Shown here: positions 63,441 to 64,000 of the stretch, piece after piece
Numbering within the stretch: the stretch's first letter is position 1
Layout: the number at the start of each line of letters is the position of its first letter
Source of the DNA: Styela clava
Lineage: Eukaryota
DNA length: 64,000 nucleotides
Direction of reading: 5' to 3'
NCBI RefSeq assembly: GCF_964204865.1
Contig: NC_135262.1
Location: 11,904,001-11,968,000 of the forward strand
Made by a program: the position numbers and the translations under genes
Notes under the pieces: model-generated
What the model was told of the DNA's origin: nothing
Seen by the model: only the letters and a program-made list of their open reading frames with translations
Database searches by the model: none

Positions 63441-64000
63441 TTAATTTTCTTGAAATAATAATTGTCTCGAACCAGTTGTTTGTTTTACACCAGGAAGAAT
63501 ACAGTACTTTACATGCACAAAATACAATATATGTATTTTTTTAGTGCAGGTAATTAAAATACAATCACCAATTTATTTATCTTTCAAATCCCATTGTTGT
63601 GATTTGTTATGTTGCCATGACACCCATTTTATGAATGTGCATGAAACTTTCATGTGTTTTTTAATTTTAAATATTTAAACTTAGTGTTGTTAATTAAATT
63701 TTCAATCACCACCTACATGAGTTGGTTAACTCACATTGTTATGATATTGTTTTGTTGCCACGGCACCCATTGTATAAATATGCTTGCAATTGCTGTTCTT
63801 GCTTTAGTTGAAATATGTATGTCTGAGGAAGTTTGACCGTGGTCAGACGAAACGTTACAGAAATATATTTGTGTTAGTGTGCAGCAAGACTATTTATTGA
63901 ATTACACATACGGTATTTGAGTCTGGGCAAGCCCGATAAAGCATATTGTGACGTAACGAATGCACGTTTGACCGCTGCCAGGGTTTAAAAATGGAGTGCC

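Overview
AT-rich, intron-containing animal genomic DNA. Gene content, short GT-AG introns and repeat types suggest an invertebrate chordate, probably an ascidian; this is inference only. Genes reconstructed by hand from splice sites and reading-frame phase: (1) 5' part of a Delphilin/GRID2IP orthologue, minus strand, 8 exons at 15968-9868, with PDZ-PDZ-HN-PDZ order, running off the window start; (2) a divergently oriented 2-exon, 770-aa Ser/Tyr-rich, mostly disordered protein with no family I recognise (28739-31295); (3) a ~382-aa basic protein of unknown family, minus strand (40253-38044); (4) a 177-aa protein with two tandem copies of the C17orf98/SPMAP1 (DUF4542) motif, downstream of an RFX X-box (44593-47144); (5) a C-terminally anchored Sulfotransfer_4-type sulfotransferase (48347-53036), a full-length pseudogene of it (59008-60840) and an inverted last-exon relic, within a mosaic of direct and inverted segmental duplications. 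Mobile DNA is abundant. It includes a decayed ISL2EU-type element (THAP + DDE + YqaJ relics) whose right end is an inverted ~680-bp copy of its own left end, a piggyBac relic with a CTAA target duplication whose empty sites survive in paralogous segments, several hAT elements, a telomere-repeat/YY1-motif MITE, Helentron-like short elements and SINE fragments. I found no rRNA, tRNA or CRISPR features. All homology calls are from recalled motifs, not database searches.
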